DNA of 63,864 nt, counting the filler, from Rhabdomonas costata (Eukaryota): the NCBI GenBank assembly GCA_019059605.1. It is 47 parts of 47 records of this genome, joined end to end, with 100 filler letters (N's around TTAATTAATTAA, not from the genome) between each part and the next. Parts side by side here need not be neighbours in the genome. Positions count along the whole stretch, not along the records: positions 23,140 to 24,400 come from JAHMHO010021532.1; positions 24,501 to 25,761 come from JAHMHO010021533.1; positions 25,862 to 27,121 come from JAHMHO010021534.1; positions 27,222 to 28,482 come from JAHMHO010021535.1; positions 28,583 to 29,842 come from JAHMHO010021536.1; positions 29,943 to 31,206 come from JAHMHO010021537.1; positions 31,307 to 32,567 come from JAHMHO010021538.1; positions 32,668 to 33,928 come from JAHMHO010021539.1; 39 more parts are not named here. One strand, written 5' to 3'. Below, one piece after another: positions 24,125-36,400 of this stretch. Every line of letters starts with the position of its first letter. The first letter of the stretch is position 1. The notes under the pieces are model-generated. The model did no database searches and was not told the origin of the DNA. It saw nothing but the letters and a program-made list of their open reading frames with translations. Made by a program: the position numbers and the translations under genes.

Positions 24125-25889
24125 CTTGAGTAGCGCAATTAGGACTGTGACTGCTCCCCTAGAAGAGGGTTCGGCCGAATAGATGAAAAGTGGAGCCAAG
24201 CATAGAAGGGGATCACCACTTCGAACAACAACGCCCTGAAGGGAGGGAAACGAATAAGGCAAATGACAGAGCCTTAGGGTATGAAAAAAAGGGACCCAGC
24301 GAAAAAACAGTATCCAAAACAGCGGCACCTTCGGGCAGAGACGGAGCAAGGGACGAAGATGCCGGCCAATGAAAGGGAAGTGCTGTACATCCCCAACACA
24401 NNNNNNNNNNNNNNNNNNNNNNNNNNNNNNNNNNNNNNNNNNNNTTAATTAATTAANNNNNNNNNNNNNNNNNNNNNNNNNNNNNNNNNNNNNNNNNNNN
24501 GTTTTTTTGTCATTCCCATGAGGAACTGGGTCAGAGCCTTTGCAGTGATGCCGGGCTGTGACACACAGAAAGCATACGGGATCCCACACACACTCCTGCA
24601 CCCTTCGGCTGACCCCACCCCTCCCGGGAATGACAAAAATAGCCTGACTTTTATCTTCTGCAGTTCCAAAACGGTCTACGATTACAGCTGTTCCGAGGAT
24701 CACTCACATTATGACCGACGCAAACGCATGCCGTCGCTATGCGCTGACAAAATTTGAAAATTGTTCAGAGCTGTGCAGGACATCCCGGATCACTTTGAAT
24801 AAAGAAGCACTGCACGATCAAAGTGTCATTGAAACACTGACGGAAGCAAGCACTGAGTGGAGTGTTTGTGGGTATTTCTAACTTTCCTGAATGTGTGAAC
24901 GTGTGGCAAAGGTGAGCAGGTGATGCCTAGCGTGGCTTGCATTTTGAAGGGATGCGGAGACGGTGGTGGCGGGAGGGAGGCCCGACCCGAGTGTGGATAA
25001 GCCCGCCCTCGACCCCTGCAATGCTTTCGAGGTCTTTCCGCACGCATTCCAATTGTTGATGAGCCCACAGCGCCTTCTCCACCTGAGCGCAACACACAGC
25101 CAGGCAAAAGGGAGCGTGAGGCGCAAAGAGGGGAGATAAAATGCCCTCAGGTGTGCGCCAGTGTGGTGCACCCTTCGAGATGTGAGGAAGGAGAGGAAAA
25201 ATTTATTACAGCAGCGACAGAGCAGTACAAAATAGAGAGAGATAACGTGAGGTAAGGGGAAACAGTGCTTTCCGCAGAGGAAAGACACATGGAAAAAGCC
25301 ACAAAAGAAAAAGAAAAAGAATCGCGACCTCTACGAGAGTGCAGGCGCGGGTTCCATCCTTTCTGGTTACAACATGCACATATAGAGGTGACAACGGTCA
25401 AAGCTACCTGTCTCTAAAATTCCTCCCATCCCTGAATTCCACAAATTCCCCTCTCTCATCGACGCAGACCCCTGGCTCTGATCACGTCCTGCTCCTGTTG
25501 AGCTCTTTCTGCTCTGCGTCCTTTCTGTAGAGGTTTTTGTGATGGAATGTGAAGTCGACAAATGAGACAAGTGCACGTGTGAGCCTTCATAGAGGATTTT
25601 GGGTCATCTCTGCTCTTTGGTTTTCTTGTCCAAGTGTTATGGTGTGTACTCGGGTTTCCAGGTGGACACACATGCACCGTGCATGCATTGAGCAGCACGA
25701 GCCACCTTGTTCGGGATAACGGCCTCCTTACCGCACCCCAAACACCAAATACACCCAACAANNNNNNNNNNNNNNNNNNNNNNNNNNNNNNNNNNNNNNN
25801 NNNNNTTAATTAATTAANNNNNNNNNNNNNNNNNNNNNNNNNNNNNNNNNNNNNNNNNNNNTAGACTTAGTTTTCCATTTTTTTTCCAG

Positions 25890-26404
25890 GTTGCTGTGCC
25901 GAAGGAAATGTTGTGATTGGACTGGTTGGAGGCATAGCCGCAGGGAAATCTACTGTTCTCCAAGCCCTCCGAGAGCGGGGGGTCGGTGTACTCGACTGTG
26001 ACAAGGTGGGCCACACCTGCTATGCCCCTGGGGAGCCTTGCGCCTGAAGATTGCCGAAGTCAGCACTCATTTCCCTTTCCGGCATCTTGAACCCGAAGCT
26101 AGGGCCGTTGTGCTGCGATGGCGTTCTTTATCTTAGGTTTTTGGTCCAGTAGTGCTGACTTCGGCCAAGGGAATTGACCGGAGTGAACTAGTGTGCCCGC
26201 CTTCTCCTTCTTTTGCGTTTTGTGGGAAGGAGCTCCTCATGCTTCGTGGTTCACTGCGAGGGGTTGTTTGCAGGGCAAACTGGTGTTCGGCAATCCAGCG
26301 AAGCTGAAACTGTTGACTGACATTGTTTGGCCGGAGCTGTACACTCGGGTTCAGGCGGAGATCTCTGTGTTCCGCAGCAAACCCAACCTCCGTCCTGAGG
26401 AGCG
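25890..26404 (+). CDS. COASY: Dephospho-CoA kinase domain (COASY-like); exons 25890-26058, 26137-26190 and 26274-26404; 1-nt frameshift near 26043
   Basis: VIGLVGGIAAGKST (P-loop), DCDKVGHTCYAPG, VFG..IDRSEL|GKLVFGN..LLTDIVWP. Confidence 0.88.
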
Positions 26405-26957
26405 GTTTGTGTTGCTTTCACGTTGCGAATGCGGGAATAGCAAAAAGCCCCCTAATTTTTTTAAAAAAAAATTATGAAAGTAAATTGCTTGGTATTTTCG
26501 CTGTTTGGGACATCCCATCACTGCTGCAACCTTGGTCCACACGGTTCCAATGATAGGAGCGACGCGATAGCAACTCTCGACTCTCTCTTTTTTATATGAA
26601 GAGGAACCAGACGTGACGAAACGAGAAGTGAAAACACAGGCATGCAGACAAACAAATCAATCGGAGAGAGGCGCAAATTGGGGTGGCCAGTCCCAGTTAC
26701 CCAAACCAAGTGTTGTTTTGTGCGAGTGGGAGGGAAGCGGGGTGAGGGGAGCACTTCTTAAGCATCAGCAGGACTCCTGATTGTTGGCAACTTATGGACT
26801 GGAATGCCTCTGCCCTGAATTTAACTTGCGTTGACATCGCCCGCACCTGCGCGGTATGAACTTTTGGCTTTTTGGACAACGGATTGTTTTTATTATTATT
26901 ATTTTTTAATTACTTTTTTTTTGTGGGGGCTTGTTTTTTCTTTTGAAAGCTCGCTTT

Positions 26958-26995
26958 GGGTCGTCGCACCCCCGGCCCTTAATCACTGCGAGCTT
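26958..26995 (+). repeat. Dispersed short repeat, copy 1
   Basis: 34/38 identical to 46017-46054. Partial copy at 42938-42955. Confidence 0.75.
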
Positions 26996-28209
26996 GCCAC
27001 CGGAAATGGAAAAGGCGGGAATCCGCCAAGGCGGTCTCTAATTCCGCTCGCTAATAGCGGACTCACAAGAAACAAAGAATACGCGAGTGGAAAGGGAAGG
27101 GACCGCAGTGAAACGGCGAAGNNNNNNNNNNNNNNNNNNNNNNNNNNNNNNNNNNNNNNNNNNNNTTAATTAATTAANNNNNNNNNNNNNNNNNNNNNNN
27201 NNNNNNNNNNNNNNNNNNNNNGGGTTGTTGTAAAAGGCACAACGGCCCAAGGAAAAACGACATCAAAGGGCTGTCCAACCCACCTTCGGGCTTTTTAGTC
27301 CCCCCCCTCAAAAAAAAAAGGCACCCAAGCAGTTTAAAGGAAGGGATACCTATGCGAAAAAAAGGTTTGGCACCCAGCGTCCAGGCGGCGGCAAACCCCG
27401 CGGTCCAAAGGGGAGCGACTACCAGCCTCTACATTTGCCTTCGTGCTGTGTAGCCTTTTGCCGCTGGTCAGCGCCGCGTGGGATACTTCCGGATTTGTCC
27501 CGTTTGTCTAAAATGTGTCCGCGCCTATCATCTCTTTTGTGCTCGTGCCACTGCTCTTTCATTTTCCGCCCAAAGGCTTTACCGCACTTACATTGCAACC
27601 TGAACCCCCGCCAATGGATAACAGAACGCTTTTTCAACCCCCAAAACACAACATGGCCACAGCAGCTTTATTCACTGGTTTCCTTGAACCGGACCACCTG
27701 CCTCAAGGGATTTTTCGGCCAGAGCTGCTATACGTCGCGGACAAACACTTCCAGGCCTCGCTGGTACCGAGCCGGTAGAATCAACCCTGTTTCAAAAAAG
27801 CCGCTGTGTTCTTGCAAAAGAATCAAGTAGTGGGCACAGCGAATTTTTGATGCCTAAGGGCGCTTTTTTTTTCGGGTACATCGAAGATAGAGAACGCGGG
27901 AACAAATAGAAAAGGGAACATCCGACAATTGGACAAAAAGCGACGGAGTAGAAACGGAAACGCCCCACAAAAACAGGTGTGGGAAGAAATGGCAACCGGG
28001 GACAAAGAGTAGTACCTAAGAAAAAGGCCCAAGCCTAAACGAAGAAATAGCCGCGCCGCTAAAGCGGACCACCACGCACGAAGAGAAGAAGGCAGAAAGT
28101 CCACCAATGAGAAAGCGCGTTTGAAGCAGAGCCCAAAGCCACGACTTACAATGGATCGTAGGCACCAAAGGGGCGAAGCGTTTTGCCCCGTTTACCGATT
28201 CAGCTGGAC

Positions 28210-28474
28210 GCAGCACAGAGGTGCCAGCAATTTTCGGTGTTACTGAAGTTAGCGCCGGTCTCTTGCTGCTTTTTCCTGCCCTTTCAGCCCTCATTAGAAT
28301 TTTCTGTGGTGCACCTCACCTCCATCCCACCCAGAAAATTCTAATGAGGGCTGAAAGGGCAGGAAAAAGCAGCACAGAGGTGCCAGCAATTTTCGGTGTT
28401 ACTGAAGTTAGCGCCGGTCTCTTGCTGCTTTTTCCTGCCCTTTCAGCCCTCATTAGAATTTTCTGTGGTGCACC
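28210..28474. repeat. Direct-inverted-direct duplication at the contig end (double template switch)
   Basis: About 105-bp unit at 28210-28315 and 28369-28474 with an inverted partial copy between. Confidence 0.8.
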
Positions 28475-28960
28475 ACCCCCACNNNNNNNNNNNNNNNNNN
28501 NNNNNNNNNNNNNNNNNNNNNNNNNNTTAATTAATTAANNNNNNNNNNNNNNNNNNNNNNNNNNNNNNNNNNNNNNNNNNNNGATCCCGTAGGAGATTAG
28601 GACGCAATTCATCTACCTCACAGTGATCGCTGCGCCAATATATTTTCTCCCGGTGTCACTGCCACACTTGCACGCCTTTTTCTCGCGCTGTTACGGGGTT
28701 CAGCACCAGCACAGACTCCCCAAAGGTGTGTGTGCAACTCCTTTTCGTGCGTATCTTTCTTTTTCTTAATCACCTCTTTTTTACTGTCACCCGTGAATTG
28801 ACCTGCTCCCGCCCATTCACTGCTGTTGCAATCCCAGTTGGATTTGCTATCGAATGAAAGGAGGCGGTTTTTCAGGGAGGTGCTTTCAAGCAAAGCCAAA
28901 AAAGTTAACCTCCACTTGGTGATGGGCACAATGAGATTGGGGCTGGTTGCTTTTCCATAG

Positions 28961-29842
28961 GGGTGCTGAATTTGAGCTCCCTTCCAGGGGAGGCTCGTGC
29001 CAAGCTCACAGTGGTCAAGGTGCCTTCTCAGCCTACCTATGCCCAGCTGTTCGAGTATGCCAAAGCCCACCTGTCACACCGGGTGGTTGTGGTACAGAAC
29101 ACGGACATCGTGTGGGATTACCTCTCTACCCCACTGCTGCGATGCCTGCCCCGAATCAACGCGGCATGTACCTTTTTTTTCCAAATGCCCCTGCTAGTGG
29201 CTGTTATGCTGTTCTCTTTTGGATAACTGGTTCTTGACACAGGTTCAGGTGTTCCGACACTTTACCCTCGGCAAAATGACTCTGAACAGCCCAATTCGAA
29301 AGCCGTCGTCGGCTTCAGACCGGAGTATTCTATCGCATTTCCACTGCTAACTCACGTTTCATTTGAACTATTCTAACCTTTGAAGAGTTGGTGGGTGGCG
29401 CCTGGTCGTACGTCTTGCCCCCCCCTCCTACTCCACACACGCCAACGTAAACTGTCCTATGGTGTGGGGATAAACATCCCTGCCGGATGAGCAGGGTGAG
29501 GCGACAACACCCTTTGAGCGTATGAACACAGCAAAAAGCCGTCAAACCCGAAATCCGGACTCTCCGGCTCGGGCAAATCCCATGGGGTAAATTCGACTTA
29601 AGACTGTCAAGGCTGTCAATACTGAACATACTGTGGCCACAGAAAAGGCTGTAACCTGCTCACGAAGAGGAAGCACTCACGAGCTGCTTTTGGGCGGCCC
29701 TGTTCAGTACACGTCAGGGAATTCCCGATAAAGGCAGTTTTGAGCTATTCCGCTCCAGGAAGCTCTGCCTTTTCGCATTTCTTCACTCCCTTCTTTTTGT
29801 GTGTCCCCCCGCCAATCAGGTCTTCGCGCTGTCCCGGCACCC
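28961..29842 (+). CDS. Uncharacterised glycosyltransferase-like protein; exons 28961-29163 and 29820-end
   Basis: PTYAQLFEYAKAHLSHRVVVVQNTDIVWD..INA|VFALSRH (NxDI and ALSR motifs). The phase fits a GC-AG intron. Confidence 0.55.
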
Positions 29843-30384
29843 NNNNNNNNNNNNNNNNNNNNNNNNNNNNNNNNNNNNNNNNNNNNTTAATTAATTAANN
29901 NNNNNNNNNNNNNNNNNNNNNNNNNNNNNNNNNNNNNNNNNNTGCTGTTGGTTTGTTTCGGCAGCATCAGGGTTTCAAGTTCGGAAGGACCCAATGAAAA
30001 TGCACTAATGTGAAGGCAGCCCATTTTCTTTATGTGACAGCCTGGAATAAATTCCAACCTTAACAAGCTTAACTCTATACAGGATAGTAGGTGCCCGATT
30101 TAGGGACATCATAGCAAAGGACCATCGAAAGCAGACTGCATGCAACACTGCAATAGAGTCAGCAGTGTTCGAAAGTTGGCCTCTTTCAATGCTCCATCGC
30201 ACATCAACCAACTATTCCCTTCGACATTTCGGGATGGGAGCGTATACCCGAATTGGGAAGTGAGGGGTAATAAAGGAATAAAAAGGGGAAATGGCAAGCT
30301 GGATTGGGTTGGGCGCCCAAAAGGCATTGCACTTGCACGGTGAGGGTGGGGGGTGCTGTGGGTGTGAGGGGGGCAATGTCTCGG

Positions 30385-30385
<1 letters not shown>

Positions 30386-30429
<44 letters not shown>
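30386..30429. repeat. (CA)n microsatellite
   Basis: Seen directly. Confidence 0.97.
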
Positions 30430-30431
<2 letters not shown>

Positions 30432-30617
30432 CGCTGTGGTGCTCTTTTTCATTAAAGAAGCGCACATTGGACAACAGATTGGATACCAGCAATGACCAGA
30501 GGTCTGCTCAATAACGAAAGTAAAGAACTCGAGGGAAAAGGGAGAGAGAGAGAGAGAGGGAAGTTGAGCTCGAAGAGTTAAGAGGGGGGATTCTAAAACG
30601 GAGAAGTGGACGAGCAC

Positions 30618-30886
30618 TTGCGGTTGTGCGAGGCCATCGCGGGCATCACCCCGGTGCCCAGCCCTAGGCTGCTGCAGGTCTGCGCCAAGGCGGCCAGCCA
30701 CAGCGAGGCACTGGCCCAGTCCTGGTCAAGATGCCGGGGTTCCAGGAACACCTGCACCCCGAGCCCTGCGCCGGACAGCGCTAGGGCCCGCCCCAGTAGC
30801 ACTATTAGTACCACCAAAGCCAGCGGGATGACCCCGTACAGCACCACGGCCAACCCACGCACCCCGCGGAAAAGAATCGCGAACAC
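30618..30886 (-). CDS. Exon of a sodium:neurotransmitter symporter (SLC6/NSS), TM4-TM6
   Basis: LFRGVRG..VLIVLLGRALALSGAGLGVQVFLEP..LWLAALAQTCSSLGLGTGVMPAMASHN. Confidence 0.85.
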
Positions 30887-32321
30887 CTGCGCCGCACACA
30901 GGACCCACACACACATCTGAAACGCACCCAAACCGTATTCGAGGGATTCTCGACTTTTTCTGCTCTGGCTAGATGGCACGGCCAGTGTTCCGTCTGGAAC
31001 ACCAGCGCTGGCGTGAAATCCGTGCGGAGCCAACCGCACGCCGCTTTAGCGGCTCTTCACGGTTTACCGACGCACCGTGCACGACATGAACCACACCGTA
31101 CAAGCAACCTCACCCGGCATTGCGTCTCTGCTAGGGTTGGAAAACCCATATATAGACACACGCGCAATCAGGCATTCATGCACATGCACGCCCACACCCA
31201 CACACTNNNNNNNNNNNNNNNNNNNNNNNNNNNNNNNNNNNNNNNNNNNNTTAATTAATTAANNNNNNNNNNNNNNNNNNNNNNNNNNNNNNNNNNNNNN
31301 NNNNNNACCCCGAACGCATACCATGACAGCACAATGGGAGACGGAGAAATTTGAAACGGCAAAAGCAGTTTTCAGCATCTGATCACTGCGTAACTATTGA
31401 TGGTGAAGCGATCCACTTAGCTGCTAAATATACACAGAATAATGCTGGAAACATGGCTCCTCAAGAAAATTGACATTTCTCCCATACAAAGGGCCAAAGA
31501 GCTAAAAAGAACAACTGGTTTTAAAAAAGCAACTAACAAAACACACACCAAATGATAGCACCTGAAATGGTATAAAAAAGCGCCAATTGACGCAAAAACA
31601 ACGAAAGGAAAACGACAAATCCGAGATGTGACCCCAAAAGTCGATTTTTCGGGGCGAAATTGCTTTCCACAGAAATTTCTCTCTATCTCTCTCCCCGAAT
31701 TCCGTGGAACGATGTCCTGGGAAAATGGCATAGTTGAGGGCTAAGCCGAAGCAGGCCAGGAGTCTTTTGTATATACAACAGTCCTGGGAGTATAACACCC
31801 CCAAAAGCGCTAAAGATGCCCGAACTAACGCAAAACAAACGAAAGGAAACGAATCCGGATAATTCGAGATATTTCCCGTTTCACACCAAAACTGAGAGGT
31901 TGAAAAATTTCCGTTTTGGAGGAAGACCATTTCGGTTTTCACCCATATTTTCATAATGAAATGCATCTGCGGCTGTTTTATTATGAATTTCGTGCCGTTT
32001 GTATAACAGAAACACACGTATGCTTCCGAGCATTTCCCATATTTTGCTGTGAGTCGTTACGTAAAGGCAATTGAAGAAACTGTTCATTCTGATGTGCACA
32101 TTTCCTCGGAGCATTGGTTGTTGACATTTGTGTGGGAAACTCTCACTTTTGAGGTAAAACGGGCCATATGACCACGAAAAGTCGGATTTTCTGGGTTTTT
32201 TGGTTTTTTTTCATATCTCCAAGCAAACGTGTCGGTCACGGGGGACCATAGGTTCTGGGACTGCGAAGCATCTCCCTGCTTTACAAAAAACTGCGAATTC
32301 GTAAAAAGTACGTCGGTATAC

Positions 32322-32510
32322 CGGTGCAGCCCGACAGGCTAAAGGTTCCGTAAGTGGAGCTGCAGCTCACGCTCACGGTGCCGGAGTAGCCCGAGGCACA
32401 GCTCAGTCCGGTGCAGCTCGCCGCACTGACGTATCCCAGGCCACAACCGCTGCCGCCGTAGGAGTAGCCCGAGGGCAGCGTCGAGGGCAGGGAGCAGCGA
32501 AACGATCTTA
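32322..32510 (-). CDS. Cys/Ser/Gly-rich extracellular repeat exon
   Basis: CSLPSTLPSGY..SCTGLSCASGYSGTVSVSCSSTYGTFSLSGCT with 6 Cys, AG/GT bounded. Confidence 0.65.
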
Positions 32511-32805
32511 CTGTGAGCGAAGAGATGGACATGAAGGGCTGAGTTGGCTTTGCTCCCCCCCCCACAANNNNNNNNNNNNNNNNNNNNNNNNNNNNNNNNN
32601 NNNNNNNNNNNTTAATTAATTAANNNNNNNNNNNNNNNNNNNNNNNNNNNNNNNNNNNNNNNNNNNNGTGGTGTGTTGGACTCAGACCCACCCGTTCGAC
32701 CCGGCCGAACGGGTGGGTCTGAGTCCAGCACACCTCCGGCAAAGACGTTCAAATAAAATCACATCATTTGGGACACGTGTATCACTTCCTTGTTTGATCT
32801 TGCAG

Positions 32806-33445
32806 GGGATTCAGGTCAACTCGGGGGCATGCGTAAACTTCGCTTGGCGGTGCTTCTGCCTTCGCAGTGAAGAATTGCAGTCAGCCGCGACACAACTGCC
32901 TTTTTTTTGGGGGGGGGGGTCAGATCTGCGTTGCCACCCCGTGCTGCTTTTTCGACGTCGCGGTTCTGGACCACATCACAACATCGTGCACGCGGATCTC
33001 CTTCGTTGTTCTGGATGAGGTCGACCGCATGCTGGAGATTGGCTTTGAGGAGCAGGTCACTTTTCTTTCCTTTTCCCATTCGTTCGGTTTTGTTCGGTTT
33101 TGAAATCAATAGCAGCTGGCAATGGAACAGGGCGGCGGGGCATGACCATAAAGGTGGTAAACTTTTCCTGACGTCAGCCGACGCCTGTTCACGTCACGTT
33201 TAAGTTCCTTAGAATGTCATTCATATAAATCAACGTACCAAGTTTAATCAGAAGTTTGGAGAAGTTCAGTGAAGTGGCCGCGAATGTGGTTGAAACAGAT
33301 GTGTGTGTGAACTGCTTGTGCTTGAAAGGTGAGGGCGATCCTGGCTCAAATCCGACGCGACCGCCAGCTCGCCCTGACCAGCGCGACCTGCCCCCCTGCG
33401 GTGCAGAAGCTGCTGCGGGACTTCCTCCCCAATGGCTATGCACAG
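32806..33445 (+). CDS. DEAD-box RNA helicase; exons 32806-32814 (microexon), 32924-33055 and 33329-33445
   Basis: GIQ|ICVATP..ISFVVLDEVDRMLEIGFEEQ|VRAILAQIRRDRQLALTSAT (motifs Ic, II, III). Confidence 0.9.
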
Positions 33446-33702
33446 GTCTCACTCTCTTTTTCTATCTCTGCTGCTTGCGCCGCATGGCCTTGCCCTTACT
33501 CTTCTCGCTCTTCTCTTTGACATTATTCTGAACCTTTTTGTTTTGGACGCCCCCGCTTCAAGTCAAGGGCTACATGATGACTTTGGCGCTGCAATGAATT
33601 CTTCAACAAGAAGGGCCAAGACGTCAAACTCGCTGTGGATACACACTCACCCAAACTTGAGCAAGACTTCCATTTTGCACAACCATTTGAATTGTCAATT
33701 TG

Positions 33703-33770
33703 CAAAAAAAAAAAAAAAAGAGAGAGAGAGAGAGACAGAAGAAGAAGAAGAAGAAGAAGAAGAAGAAAGA
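33703..33770. repeat. Compound A-run / (GA)n / (GAA)n microsatellite
   Basis: Seen directly. Confidence 0.95.
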
Positions 33771-35548
33771 AACCAGTAGAAATATCGGTTTACACACATT
33801 TCTGTGATCTGGATCAATAACAATGAAACGTGCTCGCAGAAAGATATTGTTTTAACATTGGTTCTCGAAACTGATGCTTCTACCCATGCAGATTGTCATC
33901 AGTTTCGAGAACCAATGTTAAAACAACCNNNNNNNNNNNNNNNNNNNNNNNNNNNNNNNNNNNNNNNNNNNNTTAATTAATTAANNNNNNNNNNNNNNNN
34001 NNNNNNNNNNNNNNNNNNNNNNNNNNNNTTTTTTTTTTAATTGGGACCTGTGTGCTTATGTCATTGTGCACTTCTCACTGGCCGGTGATGCTATTCCCGA
34101 GCTTCCCCATGCCCCTCACCACGTCCACAAGCACGCACGCGCACACGCACTCACCGCTTCCGTTGTGTACCTCCCTTTTGGGAGCAAGCCCACTGCCCCA
34201 GGAGGAGCGAAGCTTTGCCTTCCCTTTTTGGCCTGGTAAGGAAAGTTTATGGTATGCAAGGGTTGCCTTGGGCTGCTTCTACCATAGCCTTCCCCCATTC
34301 GTGGCCCTCAGCATACTGTCCTGCATAGTCTCAAGCAGTTGCCCAACCTTACCAAAACAATAGCTCGTGCGGAGCTCGAATGATGCCTTTCTCGTCATCT
34401 TCGTGCCTGCGAGTTGTCGCTTCCCTTTGTGCTCTTTTCTTCGCGCAGGCCCCCTCCCCTAGCCCAGCGTGAGCGCTCCTGGGCCTCTGCCTGTGAGACC
34501 TTTGTGATTGTGTTTTCCGTGTTTGTGTTTATCATTCCATATCATTTTTTCTCGCAATTATCGTGGTATGGTATCATGGTGACGGCTCTTCCTTTGGTTG
34601 TCATTGGTCACCTTTTCCTGACTTTCGTGCAGAACTCAGTGGTCTGCCGTTAAACCATTATGGTATGGACAATCGCCCATCTGGGTTCCTGCACTGTTAC
34701 AATCGTGTTTTGTAGCGTTCCTAACGTGAAGTGCGCGAAGTACCGTCAAGAATGTCTGCATTCCGAACTGCTGTAGTTCCGCCCTGACCTCCCGCATGGT
34801 TTGTGCCAAGCTTTCCCCTCCGCAGTCCTTACCAGCTGAAGCTGCGATTCAATGCAGAGCATCCTGTAATTTTGCTGCGTGCTGCTGATGCTGATGACGA
34901 TGTTTTCATTGCCCTTCTGCTGCGTACAAACGTTGCTTCTGAGCGAGGTTGCGAATTATTTCAGTGTCCTTTGATGGTCTTTCTTGTCACTCTTTCCTTT
35001 TGTATTATGTTTTTTTACGTTTTCAGTTGTGGCAATGCATTTTGTTCTGGTCCCAACATTTGCAGGCACTACCCTTTTCCATCCGGGGAGGGTGTTACAC
35101 CTTCGGATTGAGCATTGCCATCAGGTTGACCATTCCAGTGAAGTGGCTGTGATTTCCTCGGCCGCCCCCTTCCCCAGACTCAGTGCAAATTCCACTCTGC
35201 GCAAATATTCCTCTGCTCCCGACCACATCCGATCTGAATGATAAACCTAAGCGCTGGAGCGAGGCTGTAATATAGGGGGGGGGTTAACCNNNNNNNNNNN
35301 NNNNNNNNNNNNNNNNNNNNNNNNNNNNNNNNNTTAATTAATTAANNNNNNNNNNNNNNNNNNNNNNNNNNNNNNNNNNNNNNNNNNNNGGGTGTTGGTC
35401 CCTGACCCGAATCTTCGGGCAGAGCAAAAATCATCTTTCGTACCACCATGTGTGTGATCTACTCGAGCTTGATTGGGTGGTGAGCTGTGTCGTATTGATT
35501 GATTGAGCAGAAGTGATGTCATGAAAAGGCGCACCCCCAGAGCAAAGC

Positions 35549-36400
35549 ATGGAGCAGACATTTCAATCTTTCCTGATTCACTCAGCGTTGCTGTTTCGAC
35601 AGCTTAAAGAGCAGCAGAAGGCGACACAGCAGTTGACGGACAGTATGGTTCAGAGATTAAGAGTAACGGGTGGACTGCCAAGTGGAGAAGAGGGCCCAGG
35701 AGCCGGAAGAGCAGCAGTACCCGTGACAGTTGTGCCGAATAAGGCTGAGTCAGTGAGTGGAGCGCTTTGTAAACTGCAGGAAAAGGACCCCGACTTTCCC
35801 ATGTACGACGGGAACGCAGCTAAATTCCTCCCTTGGTTGGTGGCAGTAGAGGATCTGAAGGACTTTCGTAGGGTCCCAGATCAAATTGCCATTGTGTATG
35901 CAACGGGAGCGCTCGGTTCGTTTGCAAGGGGAATTATCGCTCCGGAACAGACTTTTGCAGATTGTGCGGATTTTACTAAAACCTTGCGGAAGCGTTTTTG
36001 TCCTTCGACGTGGGACTACAATGTGGTTTGGAGGTTGGAGAATGAAGAATGGGGATTTCGAAGATTATCACCAGCAGTTTGTGACGGGTTTAGGACTTTT
36101 AAATGGTACGAGATTTGACGGTGACGCGCAGCTGCAGTACTTGTTTGTGAGGGATTGGAGGGGGACATCCAGGCGAAGGTGATGGCGGATGATCCGCAAT
36201 CTTTGGGAGAAGCAATGTAAAAAGCCTGGGATTATTATCACAAGCCGAGACCCCCGCCCCAAGTGATTGTAGCAGTGCCAGAAGCGTCGCTGAGAAAGCC
36301 CGTCGCAGCTGAGGGAACAGGAATGGAGTTGGATACAATGAGGTATGGTCCATTATCAGGAAGCACGGCGTTTTCGACAGGTAGCAGAGACCAGTCAGCT
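35549..36400 (+). mobile_element. gag: Degenerate Ty3/gypsy-like LTR retrotransposon gag
   Basis: FPMYDGN..FLPWL, F...LRKRF, DFEDYHQQF, LFVRGL..I..KV..DPQSL.EA and MELD, across two frameshifts and stops. Confidence 0.8.
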
